Assembly: GCF_964213995.1 (NCBI RefSeq)
Contig: NC_135808.1
Span: forward strand, 7,316,001 to 7,380,000
Direction: 5' to 3'
DNA length: 64,000 nucleotides
DNA from: Mustelus asterias
Lineage: Eukaryota
This document shows positions 39,440 to 52,427 of this stretch, piece by piece. The translations under genes and the position numbers were made by a program. Each line of letters starts with the position of its first letter. Positions within the stretch are counted from its first letter, which is position 1. Under the pieces are notes generated by a model. That model did no database searches and was not told the origin of the DNA. It worked only from the letters and a program-made list of their open reading frames with translations.

Positions 39440-39526
39440 CTACTGCATGTTCCTCCTTGGCAGCGCTGGGCGGTTTTTCATTGCTTTGGCTTCATTACCG
39501 TGACAGTGAAGGTAACTATCATCCTG
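39440..39526 (-). CDS. Gene B terminal exon ((Q)DDSYLHCHGNEAKAMKNRPALPRRNMQ*)
   Basis: Pyrimidine tract then NAGNAG acceptor (aaAG/CAG), phase 0, TAG at 39440-39442. AT-rich downstream region with AATAAA on the minus strand at 39172-39177. Confidence 0.55.
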   Translation of the reverse strand, partial: QDDSYLHCHGNEAKAMKNRPALPRRNMQ

Positions 39527-40189
39527 CTTTTGGAGAAAGGACACAAACATTACCTTGGTCAGCCTCGCGGTAAAAAGAAACGCATTTTTTCACCCGTTTA
39601 ATTTTATGCAGCATTTGTTGACAACCAGTGTACACCTGCCAACAAATAAGCACTCTCTTCTAATGAAGTCTAAATTACTGTTCCCTTTACTATTGGTTTA
39701 TCTTGTGTAGCTTTACTGATAAGTACAAAATGAAAAATTTCGATGACACGTTCCTTTCTGTAAAACTTCCAAGTCCTTGTTGTTCAAATAACAGGAATGC
39801 AGACCGCAGGTGTAGGACATGGTATGGAGCTACAGATAAAGAAGGCGCCAAAATCAGAGCAACAGTCCCCGTCTGAGTAAAGTAAGAAAAAAGCTTTCAA
39901 ATTGAAGGAGCAACAGTCAGATAAAAATCATATTTACGTAATGCTAGATTATATTACAGAGCTAATATTACACTTAATTCGCATGTCTCAGCCACATCTG
40001 CATAAAGAAAAGTAGAAAGAAAAGTACAGCACAGGAACAGGCCCTCCAACACAGAGTATCGTTATTTACAAAGCTCTCGAAGAACAACAATTGTGTTGGA
40101 AACATTTTAAATCTAGCCTGTTAGGGACAAAACACTCAAGAGCTCTAAATTGTGTTTTGCGATCTAAAATGTCTTCTACCGGGATTAAC

Positions 40190-40742
40190 TGGACAGTTTT
40201 CGCCCTTTTATCTAAGAAAAGATCTCGTGGTATTGGAGGCAGTTCAGAAGAGGTTCATTAGGTTGATCCCCGCAATGGAGGTATTTTCTTATGAGAATAA
40301 GCTAACTAGGTAGGGCCTGTACTCACTGGAATTTAGAAGAATGAGAGGCAATCTTATTGAGACATACAGGATTCTCAGGGTGTTTAACAGAGTAGATGTT
40401 GAGAGGTGTTTCCTCTTGTGGGAGATTCTATGACCAGAGGGCATAATCTCAGAGTAAGGGGTCGTCATTTAAGACAGAGATGAGGAGGAATTTCTTCTCT
40501 CAGAGGTTAGTGAATTTGTGAAAAGCTTTACCGCAGAGGGTTGTGGTGGATAGGTCAGTAAGTATGTTCAAGGCTGAGATAGACCATTTTTTAATCAGTA
40601 AGGGAAACAAGGGTTATGCAGATAAGGCAGGAAAGCGGAGTTGAGAATTATCATATCATCTCAGTCATGATCTCAGTGAATGGCCGAGCTGACTCGATTA
40701 GCCGACTGGCCTACTCCGGCTCCTATTCCTTCTGGCCTTATG
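40190..40742 (+). mobile_element. Decayed CR1 3' fragment
   Basis: AGAAGAATGAGAGG, TTCTTCTCTCAGAGG and CR1-type 3'UTR. Confidence 0.75.
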
Positions 40743-41426
40743 GAATTTACCCTTTACAGGGTGCCAACTAGATATTTTGGGAAGAAAGGGTTTCAATTTT
40801 AATTTGCCCCTGAATGTATAAACTAGCCACCCATGGATATGATGAGCAAGTCCCACTTCAGAATGCTGTGGGCTAATCGAATTGACTAGTAACCCAGTAA
40901 CCGGTAGCCCCAGCAGCGCCACAGAGAAGGTGTCCATGTTTAGGACTGCAGGCAGTTCAGGCACCCAAGAGCCCAGGTAAATGGCATGTTGCTCAGGTAG
41001 ACCTGTGCCGTTACTCCAATGGCTTTACCTGGTTTATTTTTTGATAAATGTTTTTTATATAATCAATACCATTGCACAAAAATGTGCCTGTGAAGATGTA
41101 TCATTTCACGTGTGGTGGGACCTCGACATGTTTTGGGGCGGCACAGTGGCACAGTGGTGAGCACTGTTGCCTCAGAGCGCCAGGGACCTGGGTTCAATTC
41201 CCGGCTTGGGTCACTCGCTGTGTGGAGTTTGCACGTACTCCCCGTGTCTGTGTGGGCTTCTGCTAGGTGCTCCGGTTTCTTGCTACAATCTGAAAGACGT
41301 GTTGGTTAGGTACATTGACCCGAACAGGGGCCGGAGTGCGGTGACTAGGGGAATTTCACAGTAACTTCACAGCCTTACTTGTGACTAATAAATAAACTTT
41401 AAAAAAATAGTCAGACACACATTTAC

Positions 41427-41479
41427 CTGATGTTGGACGTGATCTCGCACTTCCCGCACTTTCTTTCTCTGAGGTACTT
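41427..41479 (-). CDS. Gene B candidate exon 6b (EVPQRKKVREVRDHVQHQ)
   Basis: gaaacAG ... CAG|GTAAAT, 53 nt, phase 1 to 0, open. Confidence 0.5.
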
Positions 41480-41537
41480 CTGTTTCGTGCAAAGGGAGAT
41501 AATGGTTAATCCATATTTTAAAGGAAGCTCATCTCAT

Positions 41538-41940
41538 CGTGAATGTAGCCTAGTCCATGACACAAACCAGCTTCCCATCCATTGACTCTGTCTACACTTC
41601 CCGCTGCCTCGGCAAAGCAGCCAGCATAATCAAGGTTAGTATGCACCCCAGACATTCTCTTCTCCACCTTCTTCCACCGGAAAAAGATACAAAAGTCTGA
41701 GGTCACGTACCAACCGACACAAGAACAGCTTCTTCCCTGCTACGGTCAGACTTTTGAATGGACCTACCTTGCATTAAGTTGATCTATCTCTACACCCTAG
41801 CTATCACTGTAACACTACATTCTGCACTCTCTTGTTTCCTTTTCTATGAACGGTATGCTTTGTCTATATAGCGAGCAAGAAACAATACTTTTCACTGTAT
41901 CCTAATACATGTGACAATAATAAATCGAATTAAAATCAAA
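41538..41940 (+). mobile_element. LINE 3' end, Rex/Babar-like (second copy about 12565-12735)
   Basis: Two similar copies (CTCTACACCCTAGCTAT..CTACATTCTGCACTCTC) ending in an (ATCAA)n-type tail. Confidence 0.55.
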
Positions 41941-42107
41941 CCTGAATTTCACCTGATCTCTTGGACAAGTAAATATTTTCATTGCCGCGACGCACACTCG
42001 AGTGTGTTCCAGCAAGTAGCTTTTCAGCAATGTTGCACTTGCGAATGGAACTATCTTGCCTGTTGAAGGTCTATGTGCACTCATGCTTAGAGATATTCCC
42101 AACTCAC

Positions 42108-42118
42108 CTGCTCAGCGT
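42108..42118 (-). CDS. Gene B candidate 11-nt micro-exon (DAEQ), alternative exon 6a
   Basis: Long pyrimidine tract, tattttAG, ACGCTGAGCAG, then |GTGAGT. Phase 1 to 0. Confidence 0.4.
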
Positions 42119-43575
42119 CTAAAATAAACTTTAAAGAAGAAAGGAAAGTTTTGCAAACCTCTGGATCTCCAAAGAGATTTTACAATCAATTAAGTACTTT
42201 TGAAGTTGTAAGGTACTCTAGCCGTGGATATGTAGCTAAGGTGAGACTCAGATTTCGTATGTGTATGATTGTGTTGGCTTTTTGATTCATAGTTCCTTCT
42301 GTTTGTGAGCTGTAGCTAGTTAAAATCTAGGGTGCTTCACTGTTCAATGTGTTGGAATGCAATTTGGCTGACTTTGCCCTTCAGCTGCCGGTGAGACTCT
42401 AGATCTTTGTGTGATTTGTATCTGTTAGCTTGTTTAGACATCACATCTGTGGAACCTGATAGCAGAGACAGCCTAACGGCTGATAGGAAATGCAATAGGA
42501 CAGGATAGAGAATTTGCTATTATGTAACCTTCTGCAGGAGTGTTTCATTTCTCGGGATCTTCTTCATAATTCCACTCTCATACAGTGGGCAAAATTTTGT
42601 ACTCAGCCTGAGGGTGGCGGGGAGGCGCGGCAGAGTTTAATGGAGCGGGACCGTATAAGGTACAAAGCCGTAACCCACCTGGAAGCCAATTGAGGGACTT
42701 AAATTGCCACTCAAAGGCGATGAAAGGGCCGTCGCCGCTGGTTCTTAGCCTTTTGAATAAGCAAGCCCAAGATAAGGTGCAATTCCTTTTCTTGTCCGCT
42801 TGGATCTTGTACATCTCTCATGTGGGGAGCTGTGTATTGGGTTCAGTTTGAATTTGGCTTTTTTTGGAGCCAATAATGAGATGGATTAAAAGTTTGCACG
42901 GCCCGCGCTGAGCTCTACTTTAAGAAAACTTCAAGAAGGCTTTGTAACTTTAAGAATGGCATTCAACTACGCCATCTGGGAAAACTACCTGGCGAACACT
43001 GCGATCATGCCATGGAGAGGCACTCCTTCTGGTACTCCCTGTGCCAAATGGAGGGACCGGCCAGTTGTAAGGGAGGGATCCGCCGAAGGGCACCACCCTC
43101 CCCTACACAATAATCTCCCTCCCCCGGTCCACACTGATTGGCCGCAGAGATCCTCCCCCACTCAACTTCCTTTGGCGAACTCATCGTTCACCATGGTCGG
43201 GCCTTCTTCAGGAACAGCGTGGCTGATGTTCCCGCTGCTGCTTCCAGGACTGGAGAGCGGCCGGCGTCTGAATAGGCGAGCATCAGAAAGTGCAGTAGGA
43301 TGTTGCTCTGGGTGGAGTTTGGAGCCCAGAGAGCAACCAGCACACCACCGAATTCATACATAATCCGAATGGGTGAATCCAAAAAATGGTGATGGTAGGA
43401 TGGTGTTCACTGCTGGGACCATTCCGTTCCGCCCAGTAAGTGTGACCAGAGACCTGTAGAGATCTTGAACTTCCCTTAGTAAATCTTGGAGAAAGTCAAG
43501 CTCAAAAGGATTACCTATGTTTAAGCTTCAAAAGAGGCTCAACGATGTCATACTGTTTATTTCTCTGCATGTCTT

Positions 43576-44986
43576 CTGCTTAAAGCCATTGCATCATGTC
43601 TGCACTTGGCTTCTCACTATAAATGATTCGTGTTGCAATCGTATTTGGTCTGTCAAATTTGAATTGTCTTGGTTTGACGAACGGGGCAAGGTGTGAGTAG
43701 TATTTCCCTAATTTTGCGAAAGACCATAATTTTACCGCCACGCCTGCCCCGGAATCTGGGCGGGCGCGAATCGCAGAATGGAATTCTCCATTGGCCTCGG
43801 GTGGGATTTTACGAGCCTTGCCGGAGCGACATTTCATTTCGCTAAAGAGCCATTGTGGCGGGTCCATTAGATATTCTGTCCAATATGTTCAAGTAACCAT
43901 GGTGACTGTCGGTGGACGTCTTAAAAAAAAGATTAATGACCTAGTAGTTCGTGAACTGCTGGCCATCACGATGAACACAAGAGCAAGTTACAGGTCACGA
44001 CGGTGTTACATGTAGTTGGTGAAGGAGAAAATTATAGATTTACGCTCTGCAAGGCATTTATTATAATCAATGGCTCAACTGTGCAAGCAGCTAAGTTAGG
44101 GTAGAGCAAATAATGTGTTAAATGATAACCTGCATGATCTGATGAGGCTTTAGAATTCAAATCTGGAAAGGTCATCTAAACAATACCTGTAATTAACATC
44201 AAAAGTCAAGGCATTTTACAGTCATTTCCACTCAGGCTCGCTTACAAATTTCCTCAGTATGTAGGTAACAAGTGTTAGTCATGCACCTCAATGGTAGTTT
44301 CAGATGTGCTGTTATAGCAAACAGTACAGGCAAAAATCAGCATACTTGAGAAGTGGTAAAACGAAATAATTGAAGTACATTCCTTGCACAGAAACGTATA
44401 AAATCAAACACATTATTAAAACACATTAGCTTCCTTAAACCATTTTTCGTTAGATAATATTAAGTTAAAACGGACAAACGCTAAGCTTGACAACACCATT
44501 CACCCTCTCAAAACGTCTCCAGCAATTCAACACATTCAATGATTCAAGTCCGATTTGCTCTCAGCCATTTTAAAATATGAGTCCCTTGTTATGGTCTGGT
44601 CAATTCTAAATTGCCATATACAAGTATGGTATGCAGAAGGATAGCAACATAGTTTAAATACGAGCACAAGAACATCACCAATATGAGCAGGAGTAGACCA
44701 TCTGGTTCCTCCTGCTTAAAGCCATTGCATCATGTCTGCACTTGGCTTCTCGCTATAAATGATTTGTGTTGCAATCGTATTTGGTCTGTCAAATTTGAAT
44801 TGTCTTGGTTTGACGAACGGGGCAAGGTGTGAGTAGTATTTCCCTAGTTTTGTGAAAGACCGGAATTTTACCGCCACGCCCGCCCCGGAATCTGGGCGGG
44901 CGCAACTCGCAGAACGGAATTCTCCATTGGCCTCGGGTGGGATTTTACGAGCCTCGCCCGAGCAACATTTCATTTCTCTAAAGAGC
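43576..44986 (+). repeat. 275-bp direct duplication (43576-43850 and 44712-44986)
   Basis: Colinear at constant offset 1136 with scattered substitutions. The 3' half is a MITE-like GC-rich segment (AATTTTACCGCC..GGATTTTACG) related to 37630-37761 and 45265-45362. Confidence 0.9.
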
Positions 44987-47900
44987 GATTCAACGGCATC
45001 CTGGCTGATCCGCTGTAGTGGCCAACCACAGTGTTCAAATTTTTTTGAGTTGATCAGAAACTCGTTCGGTTAATTTCAACATCAAACACAAAGTCAGAAT
45101 GTATCTATATCATCAAAAGCAACCTATTTATATCAGTATACAGAGGAACCAATTCATAAAGTGAGCATGTGGTTATAGAAAATACACTGGTCAAACGCTT
45201 GGATTGCTGTTTGTACAACGAGGCTCCGAAGGGATGAACCCTTTTCATTCTACGAAACAGCCGGGCCTCTACCACCTCGCCCACCACGGAATCCGCGTGG
45301 GCGAGGGCCCGACAACTGAAATGTCCGTCTCGCCCGAGCGAGGCCGTAAAATCCCTCCCGGACCGATCGATTATCAACACAAAACGACCATAAACAGACG
45401 GAAAGAAATAACGCGCTTAAAATGCGCTCAATCCAGAGAACACCAGCCGGTTTGTCACTTCAGTCGATTTTTCTCAAAACAAGTTTAATCGCTGCTCTTT
45501 GCGGTAGGTTTACAATTCCACGGAATGAAATGCACTTTAGTTCAGTAAAAAATTGATGCATCGTTCATTCTGGTTCCATTTACCTGAACTACCAAAACTT
45601 CTTGTCATGAGTTAGTGGCGAACATGAAGCAATAATTAGAAAGGGCTGGAGGCTCATTATGCGACCTTGTGCCTCAGCAGATCAGATGGGTGCATCAGCT
45701 GCACATTTGTGGAGTGTGGGAGGAAACCGGAGCACCCGGAGTAAGCACACGCAGTCAAAGGCAGAATGAGCAAACTCCACACAGGCAGTCACCCAAGTCC
45801 AGACTGGTAAGCACTGCTGTCTCACAGCGCCACGGACCCGGCTTCGATTCCAGCCTTAGGTTACCGTCTGTGTGGAATTTGTACGTTCTCCCCGTGTCTT
45901 CGTGGGTTTCCTCTGAATCTGCCGGTTTCCTCCAGTCTAAAGATGCGCTGGTTAGGTGGTTTGTCCATGCTAAATTGCCCCTTAGTGTCCAAAGATGTGT
46001 ATGTTAGGTAGATTAACCATGGTAAGTGTGTGGGATTACGAGGATTCGTAGGGGTGGGGCGAGCTGGGTAAAATGCTCTTTCGGAGAATCCTGTGGAGAC
46101 ACGTTGGGCCACATGACCTCGTTCTGCACTGTCGGGATTATATGGTTCTCGCGATTCTACGGCTCGGCCGAGGAAAAGCCATTGAAGAACTCTTGCTGAA
46201 CACATCACACAAAATGCTAATTAAAATTATAAAATTAAGGGAAATCATCTCTTGCCTCTGATACGGGAAGGAGAACCGTTTGAAAGAATAACTGACGATG
46301 TGGATATTCTGGCAGCGAATAAATGTGAACGGCAAGATCTGTTGCTCACGCCTGTGCAAAGAAGCGGAAAGGATGTGACCAAGTTATTGTGACCGATACG
46401 GGAATATCCTCACCGGGAAGTAATGTAGTCTGAAACAGGTCGATGCTTTATTTGTACAAGCGGGGTCACATACTGTCGTTGGCTGTAATCACATCCGAGA
46501 AGTTTAGAAAGGAAGAGAATAAGCAGAAATTGTTAAAAATAGAAGCACAAGGGAACGGATTATAGCAACAGAAAGGAAAATAGCTGGCCGGCAATGGCTT
46601 ATTCGGGAGTACAAAAGCTGTAAAGAGTGATCGTGCCTAGAGGAAGAATGGATGGTTAACCCTTTCGAGCAAACAAAGGCAGCAAAATAGTTCTGCATGA
46701 ATTCGTTTTCTTAAGTACGGGAAGAGTAAAAAAGATCTGAAGATTTTTTTGAAATGTGATCCTACAGTACATATTGGAGTTTGTACTTGTTTTGGGAAGA
46801 CTAACAGACGGACAGATGTTCTTCTTATTGAGTGTACTTTACGCGTATTGTTATATTTAAACCTACATCTGTTCACTGTCGTTTTGTGTTGTAGTGATTT
46901 ACAGAAATGGAATGGCTTAACCCTTTGCAGCCTCAGTTGTTGCCACTAAAGCTGAAATTGACCGAAAAAGTTTCTAGTCAATTCAGCAAATTCTGAATAC
47001 TGGGGCTGGCCACTACAGTGGCACATATGGTTCAGCCAGCAGATCAGCCAGATCACATTGAATGATGGAAGAGGCTCGAGGAGTCAAATGGTCTACTCCT
47101 GCTCACATTTATCATGTTCTTATGCTCTTATTTAAACTATGCTGATATTGCTTCACATACCGCAGGAGTGCATGGCAATAAAAGTTGACCAGACCATGAG
47201 AAGGAATTCCTACTTCAAAATGGTTGAGAGAAAATAAGGCTTGAAGTCTTGAATTTGTTAAATAGATAGCGACGTTATGAGAGCGTAGATGTTGTTGCGA
47301 AAACTGGTGTTTCTGCGTTTTCATTTAAGAGTATTTCTCTAAAGAAAAAAAGACTTAAGGAAGCTTTGTGCTTTCATTAAAAAGTATTTGCTTGTATCCG
47401 TTTTGTGATAAAGGCTTGCCGTATAACTACCGTGAATGTAACTTACACTTCACCACTTCACCACCTTCTGCCTGTACAAGGCGAGAACAGTTTGTCTTAA
47501 CAGCGCCTCTGAAACTGATATTGAGCGTCATGGCTCCAGCTTGTCACCACAATGTTGAGGAAATGTGTAAGTGAGCATGAATGGAAATTACATTTCAAAA
47601 CGTATTTTATTCTGATGTTAAATATAAGGGTTATGTTAAGCAAAACTTTCCAAATTTCAATTCTGATTCCTTTACACGTCATGAAAAGAAATCTCAGAAT
47701 CACCCTGAGCTCACTCAGTGACTGCTATGTTGAAATAAAGCAACTTTTGCTGAATCATCTCACTGCTGAAAGGCCACCTCTTCTAAGTTTCAAAATTTAG
47801 TTGTCATGTGATCAAATTCCAATCTGTTTATTTCCCAATAGAAAGGAATAAATATTCCTTGCTGCTCTGAACAAGGACAAATCCTTATTTTGCTCACTAA

Positions 47901-48024
47901 TGACAATCGGTGGATCAATATAGGTTGATCTATTTCAGGCACAATGATGCATGATAAACCTTTATTTGCGTACTCTGTCTATCTTTGTGCGTTCAAACCC
48001 AGTGGTTTGTTTGAGTTGAAGCAG

Positions 48025-48295
48025 CATACGCATAGACACACACAAACGCACACAACACACATGTACTCACACACGCAAACACATACGCACACACACTCAC
48101 AAAAACAGAAACACATATACACACCCACACACAAACAGAAACACACACAACACACACAGACACATACACAAACATACAGATATAAACACACTCACGTACA
48201 CATACACGCATTCACACACTAACACACACTCACATTTGCTTACATGCATACACACATTCACACACACATACATACATGCACATACATCCACACAG
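48025..48295 (+). repeat. Degenerate (CA)n microsatellite
   Basis: Direct reading of the sequence. Confidence 0.95.
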
Positions 48296-48365
48296 CCTGC
48301 AGATTTTTTATATTAATACAAGCAACTGACAACATCTTGATCAAATAAAGATGGTGATCACTTAC

Positions 48366-48400
48366 CTGGTTCTTTTGCGCAATCAAAAGAAGAACATTCT
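48366..48400 (-). CDS. Gene B exon 5: 35-nt cytoplasmic exon (ECSSFDCAKEP)
   Basis: ttttgttctgcAG ... CAG|GTAAGT, phase 2 to 1. Confidence 0.7.
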
Positions 48401-48513
48401 CTGCAGAACAAAAAGATATTTAGCAGATGTGCTGTAATTTTCCATCGTGGGCAAACATTCGGAATAAGTCATTATGTCATTACAAATTGGCAAGGAAGTA
48501 TTGATTGTCTTAC

Positions 48514-48532
48514 CTGACAAGTAAAGCGTAAG
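48514..48532 (-). CDS. Gene B exon 4: 19-nt cytoplasmic micro-exon (AYALLVR)
   Basis: tttttacAG ... AG|GTAAGA, phase 1 to 2, continues in frame into the next exon. Confidence 0.7.
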
Positions 48533-50479
48533 CTGTAAAAAATAAAATAATTAAATATAATCGTGGTTAATACTGTTATTAATATTGACAATTGATATCC
48601 AAAACAATGATTGACCACAATGCGATCTCAAAATTATTAAAATCGTGTATCTCTGCTAAAATGGACTTACTGTAAATGTGCATGAATGGGGAATTAACAT
48701 TATGATCTTACTCACAATCAATATCTACTGTTCCTAACCTATTTTCGTCTACTTGTTAATGTCACTTCCTTTAATGTTCCCTGGTACCAGGTTCCCGGCA
48801 ACACGTTACAGTATTAAGACGTATTAAACTATTACCCTGCAATTCATGTTTTCTGAAAAATAAAAGGTGATTCAGCACATGGTAGCAATACACTGGACGA
48901 GCAATCGACAGACCCAGGCTAATGCTCGGAGGACAATGAAGTCCCACCATGGTATCTCAGCGGCTGGTGTCGTATAAAATGAATTAATAAGTCTGGAGTT
49001 AAAAGCTAGCCTCAGTATTGGGGACCATGAAAACAATCATCGACTGGTGTAAAAGGAATCCCCTACTGGTTTATTAATACATTCTCCTGGAGAAAATCTG
49101 TCATCCTAAACCGACCTGTCTTACATATGACTCCAGACCCAATATGGTTGGCTCTTAACTGGCCTCTGAAGTGGGTTATTATGGATGGGTAATAAATGCC
49201 GTTCATGCTATCCCATGAAATAATACTTTGCAAAAGCACCCTAGTTTGAAAATTAGAAGCTAGTTACAGCACAGGGACAGACCATTCGACTCCACTGCTT
49301 CATGCTGTTCTTTTTGATCGACAAAAAACTCTTCAAACCCTTCTTCATCTAACCCCATCAACGGGTTCTTGTACTTGTTTTTGTCTCTCATGTGGTTCTC
49401 TAGTTTCCCATTAAATGTCTCTGTACCAGTAGTCTTAACTATATTTTGTGGGAACAGGTTTCGTATTCTAACCGCTCTCTGGGTAAAGCGGGTTACCGCG
49501 AATTCACGATTTAATTTATTAATGGTCAGGTTATATTAATGGCCCCCAGTTCTGGTCTGCCTCTTAAATAGCCTATGCTAAGTCTCTAAATTTTCACTTG
49601 TCAAACGCTTGCACACTGTTTGTTTCTTAATCCTTTCATGCAATGTGGACGTCGCTGGCGTTTGTTACCCATCCCCAAATTGGCCTTGAAATGAGTGGCT
49701 TGCTCGCCCATTTTCGATGGGAGTTGAGAATCAACCATGTTGCTCTGGGTCTGGAGTCACGTACCGAGGCAAACTTACATCTCCAGAAGACATGAGTGAA
49801 CCAAAGGGCTTTTATGAAAATCGGTGTTGGTTTAGTGGTCATCAATACTGAGAGCAGCTTTATATTCCAGATTTATTGATAGAATTTAAATTCTACCAAT
49901 AGCCACGTTGTGAGTTGGAACCAGAGCTTTAATCTGGGCCTCCAGATTAATAGTCTAGTGACGATACTATTAGATAGATACCCTACAGTACAGAAAGAGG
50001 CCATTTGGCCCATCGAGTCTGCACCGAACACAATCCCACCCAGGCCCTACCCCCATATCCTTACATATTTACCCACTAATCCCTCTAACCTACACATTTC
50101 AGGACACTAAGGGGCAATTTTAGCATGGTCAATCAACCTAACCCGCACATCTTTGGACTGTGGGAGGAAACCGGAGCACCCGGAGGAAACCCACGCAGAC
50201 ACGAGGAGAATGTGCAAACTCCACACAGACAGTGACCCAAGCCAGAAATCGAACCCAGATCCCTGGAGCTGTGAAGCAGCAGTGCTAACCACTGTGCTAC
50301 CGTGCTGCCTATTATGCGACAGTCTCTCATAATTTTGAAAATTGGGGTGGGTCCGAATCTTCCCTTTCCGTCGAAAACACATCCTTGCCTCCTTAATCTT
50401 TCCTAACTGGTATAAGTTCTAAGGAGGACTCGTTAGCTTAGGTAGCTAAATAGTGTGCCTCAGGATAAGCCTTGTGCAC

Positions 50480-51166
50480 CAGTCGCTGAACGTAAGCATG
50501 CAGGTGCAGCAGGCGGTAAAGAAGGCAAATGGTATGTTGCGAGAGGTTTCGAGTACAGGAGAAGGGATGTGTTGTTGCAATTATACAAGGACTTGGTGAG
50601 GCCACACCTAGAATATTGTGTGCAGTTTTGGTCTCCTTTTCTGAGGAAGGATGTTCTTGGTCTCGGGGGAGTACAGCGAAAGTTTACCAGACTGATTCCG
50701 GGGATGGGCAGACTGATGTATGAGGAGATATTGACTAGGTTAGGATCGCATTCGCTGGAGTTCAGACGAATGAGGGAGGAATCTCATAGAGACTGATAAA
50801 ATTCTAACAGGACTAGACAGGGTCGATGCAGGGAAGATGTTCCCGATGTTGGTTGTGTCCAGAACCAGTGGTCGCAGTCTGAGGATATAGGGTAGACCAT
50901 TTAGGACGGAGATAAGGAGACATGTCTTCACCCAAAGAGTGGTGAGCCTGTGGAATTCAATACCACAGGAAGTAGTTGATGACAAAATATTGAATGTATT
51001 CAAGAGGCAACTAGATAAAGCATTTGGAGTGAACGGGATCAAAGGTTATGGGGAGAAAGCAGGATTGGGCTATTGACTTGGACGATCAGCCATGGTAGTG
51101 ATGAATGGCGGAGCAGGCTCGAAGAGCCAATTTGCCTCCTCCTGTTCCTATTTTCTATGTTTCTAT
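50480..51166 (+). mobile_element. Decayed CR1 3' fragment
   Basis: RPHLEYCVQFWSP in ORF 50455 and TTTCTATG tail. Confidence 0.8.
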
Positions 51167-51645
51167 AACACCAACAACGTGGATTCTGTTGCACTCCCAA
51201 CTGAGGTAGCCTTGGGACCTGCCCCTTCATCCTACCCCTGACAGTGAAAGGCAATGGCAAACGTTCACTGATAGACATTGAACTGACAAGGAAACGCTTC
51301 ATGATGAAGCATCAGCAGACAATGGGGCAAGGATCTGTCTTTGGGCACAGCGCGCAATAAATATAATGAATGTTTCTACATCCATAGATCGAGTAAAGCT
51401 TATTTCTTGTGCTTTCTGTAGTGACCAAACACCATGCTTTATTATAATACGCAGACCAGAAGGAACTGCATACTTCAAGTATGAAAAGCTTCGGTATCAT
51501 GCATGCCCTTGTTTACTGCAAAATGTATTGATTATTCACTTGACATTTGCTATAAAAATGTTGCATTGTAATGATATTCTGGTAGAATGAAGCATGATAG
51601 TAAAAAATGCCACGATATGGCTACTATTTTCAATACTTCAAATAC

Positions 51646-51780
51646 CTTTGTTTCGTCGAGCCAGAACTATTATCACCATTAGCAGTACCAGGATAATAAG
51701 CAAGGTGACCCCCCCTGCCACTGCGATCCACATCCAGTCAAACAGAAAGTTGTTTACAGGGAGTGATTTGTCGCAAACAT
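51646..51780 (-). CDS. Gene B exon 3: Cys-containing stalk plus uncharged TM
   Basis: Acceptor tttctacAG, donor G|GTATTT, phase 1-1. HVCDKSLPVNNFLFDW-MWIAVAGGVTLLIILVLLMVIIVLA-RRNK. Confidence 0.88.
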
Positions 51781-52100
51781 CTGTAGAAAGAAATAACACA
51801 TAAGTTGCTACTTCATAAATTCGTACCGAAAGAACAACAGCGAAGAGAGCAGCGACACAGAGGGACATTAAGCTAGAAATGGATAGGAAGATAGGCAGGC
51901 GGAGAGGAAGGCAAAGGCGTACAAGCAATATGGACATGGGGAGGGAGTGAAGTAGAACCACACATGGACGGAATTTTAACCATTCGGAAACCAAAAACGA
52001 GTTTCACAAAAGCAGAGTAACAACAGTATGATGGAACGAATGAGGGAAAATTTTAAAAGTGCGAACAGCTCTGCAATGCTTTCTGGTTAGATTTCCTTAC

Positions 52101-52427
52101 GCTGTACGGTCACCGAGGTTCCGTTGCCTGATTGCTTCGGTTTCCCCAAAATTTCAATCTCACAGTAATATATCCCGGACTCGCATTCTGTCATATTCTT
52201 AATACGGATGGATGCATCCTTCCTCGAATTGAAAGCATGCTGGTCCGCTTTAACAATTCTGTTCTTGTACCTCGGAGAGTCAAAATCTATGGGGTTGTCA
52301 TCCCTCCTCCAGCTGTAGGTTCCCAGCCCTTGTAACTGAAAACTGCAATTCAAAATCACGCTTTCACCTTGGAATATATGAACTGAACCGGGTCTTTGCA
52401 CTACGGGAGAAGTGGCGGCCTCCGTAC
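52101..52427 (-). CDS. Gene B exon 2: single VJ-type Ig V domain, NKp30/NCR3-like
   Basis: Acceptor cactAG, donor C|GTAAGG, phase 1-1. VVQRP..GESVILNCSF..GTYSWRRD..DASIRI..ESGIYYCEIEILGKPKQSGNGTSVTVQ, resembling the NKp30 YxCxVEVLG....GNGT G-strand. Confidence 0.93.

Noticed and set aside
39553-39590. Donor-like CAAG|GTAATG just upstream of the gene B last exon
   Set aside because: The implied intron would be under 30 nt, too short for spliceosomal splicing.
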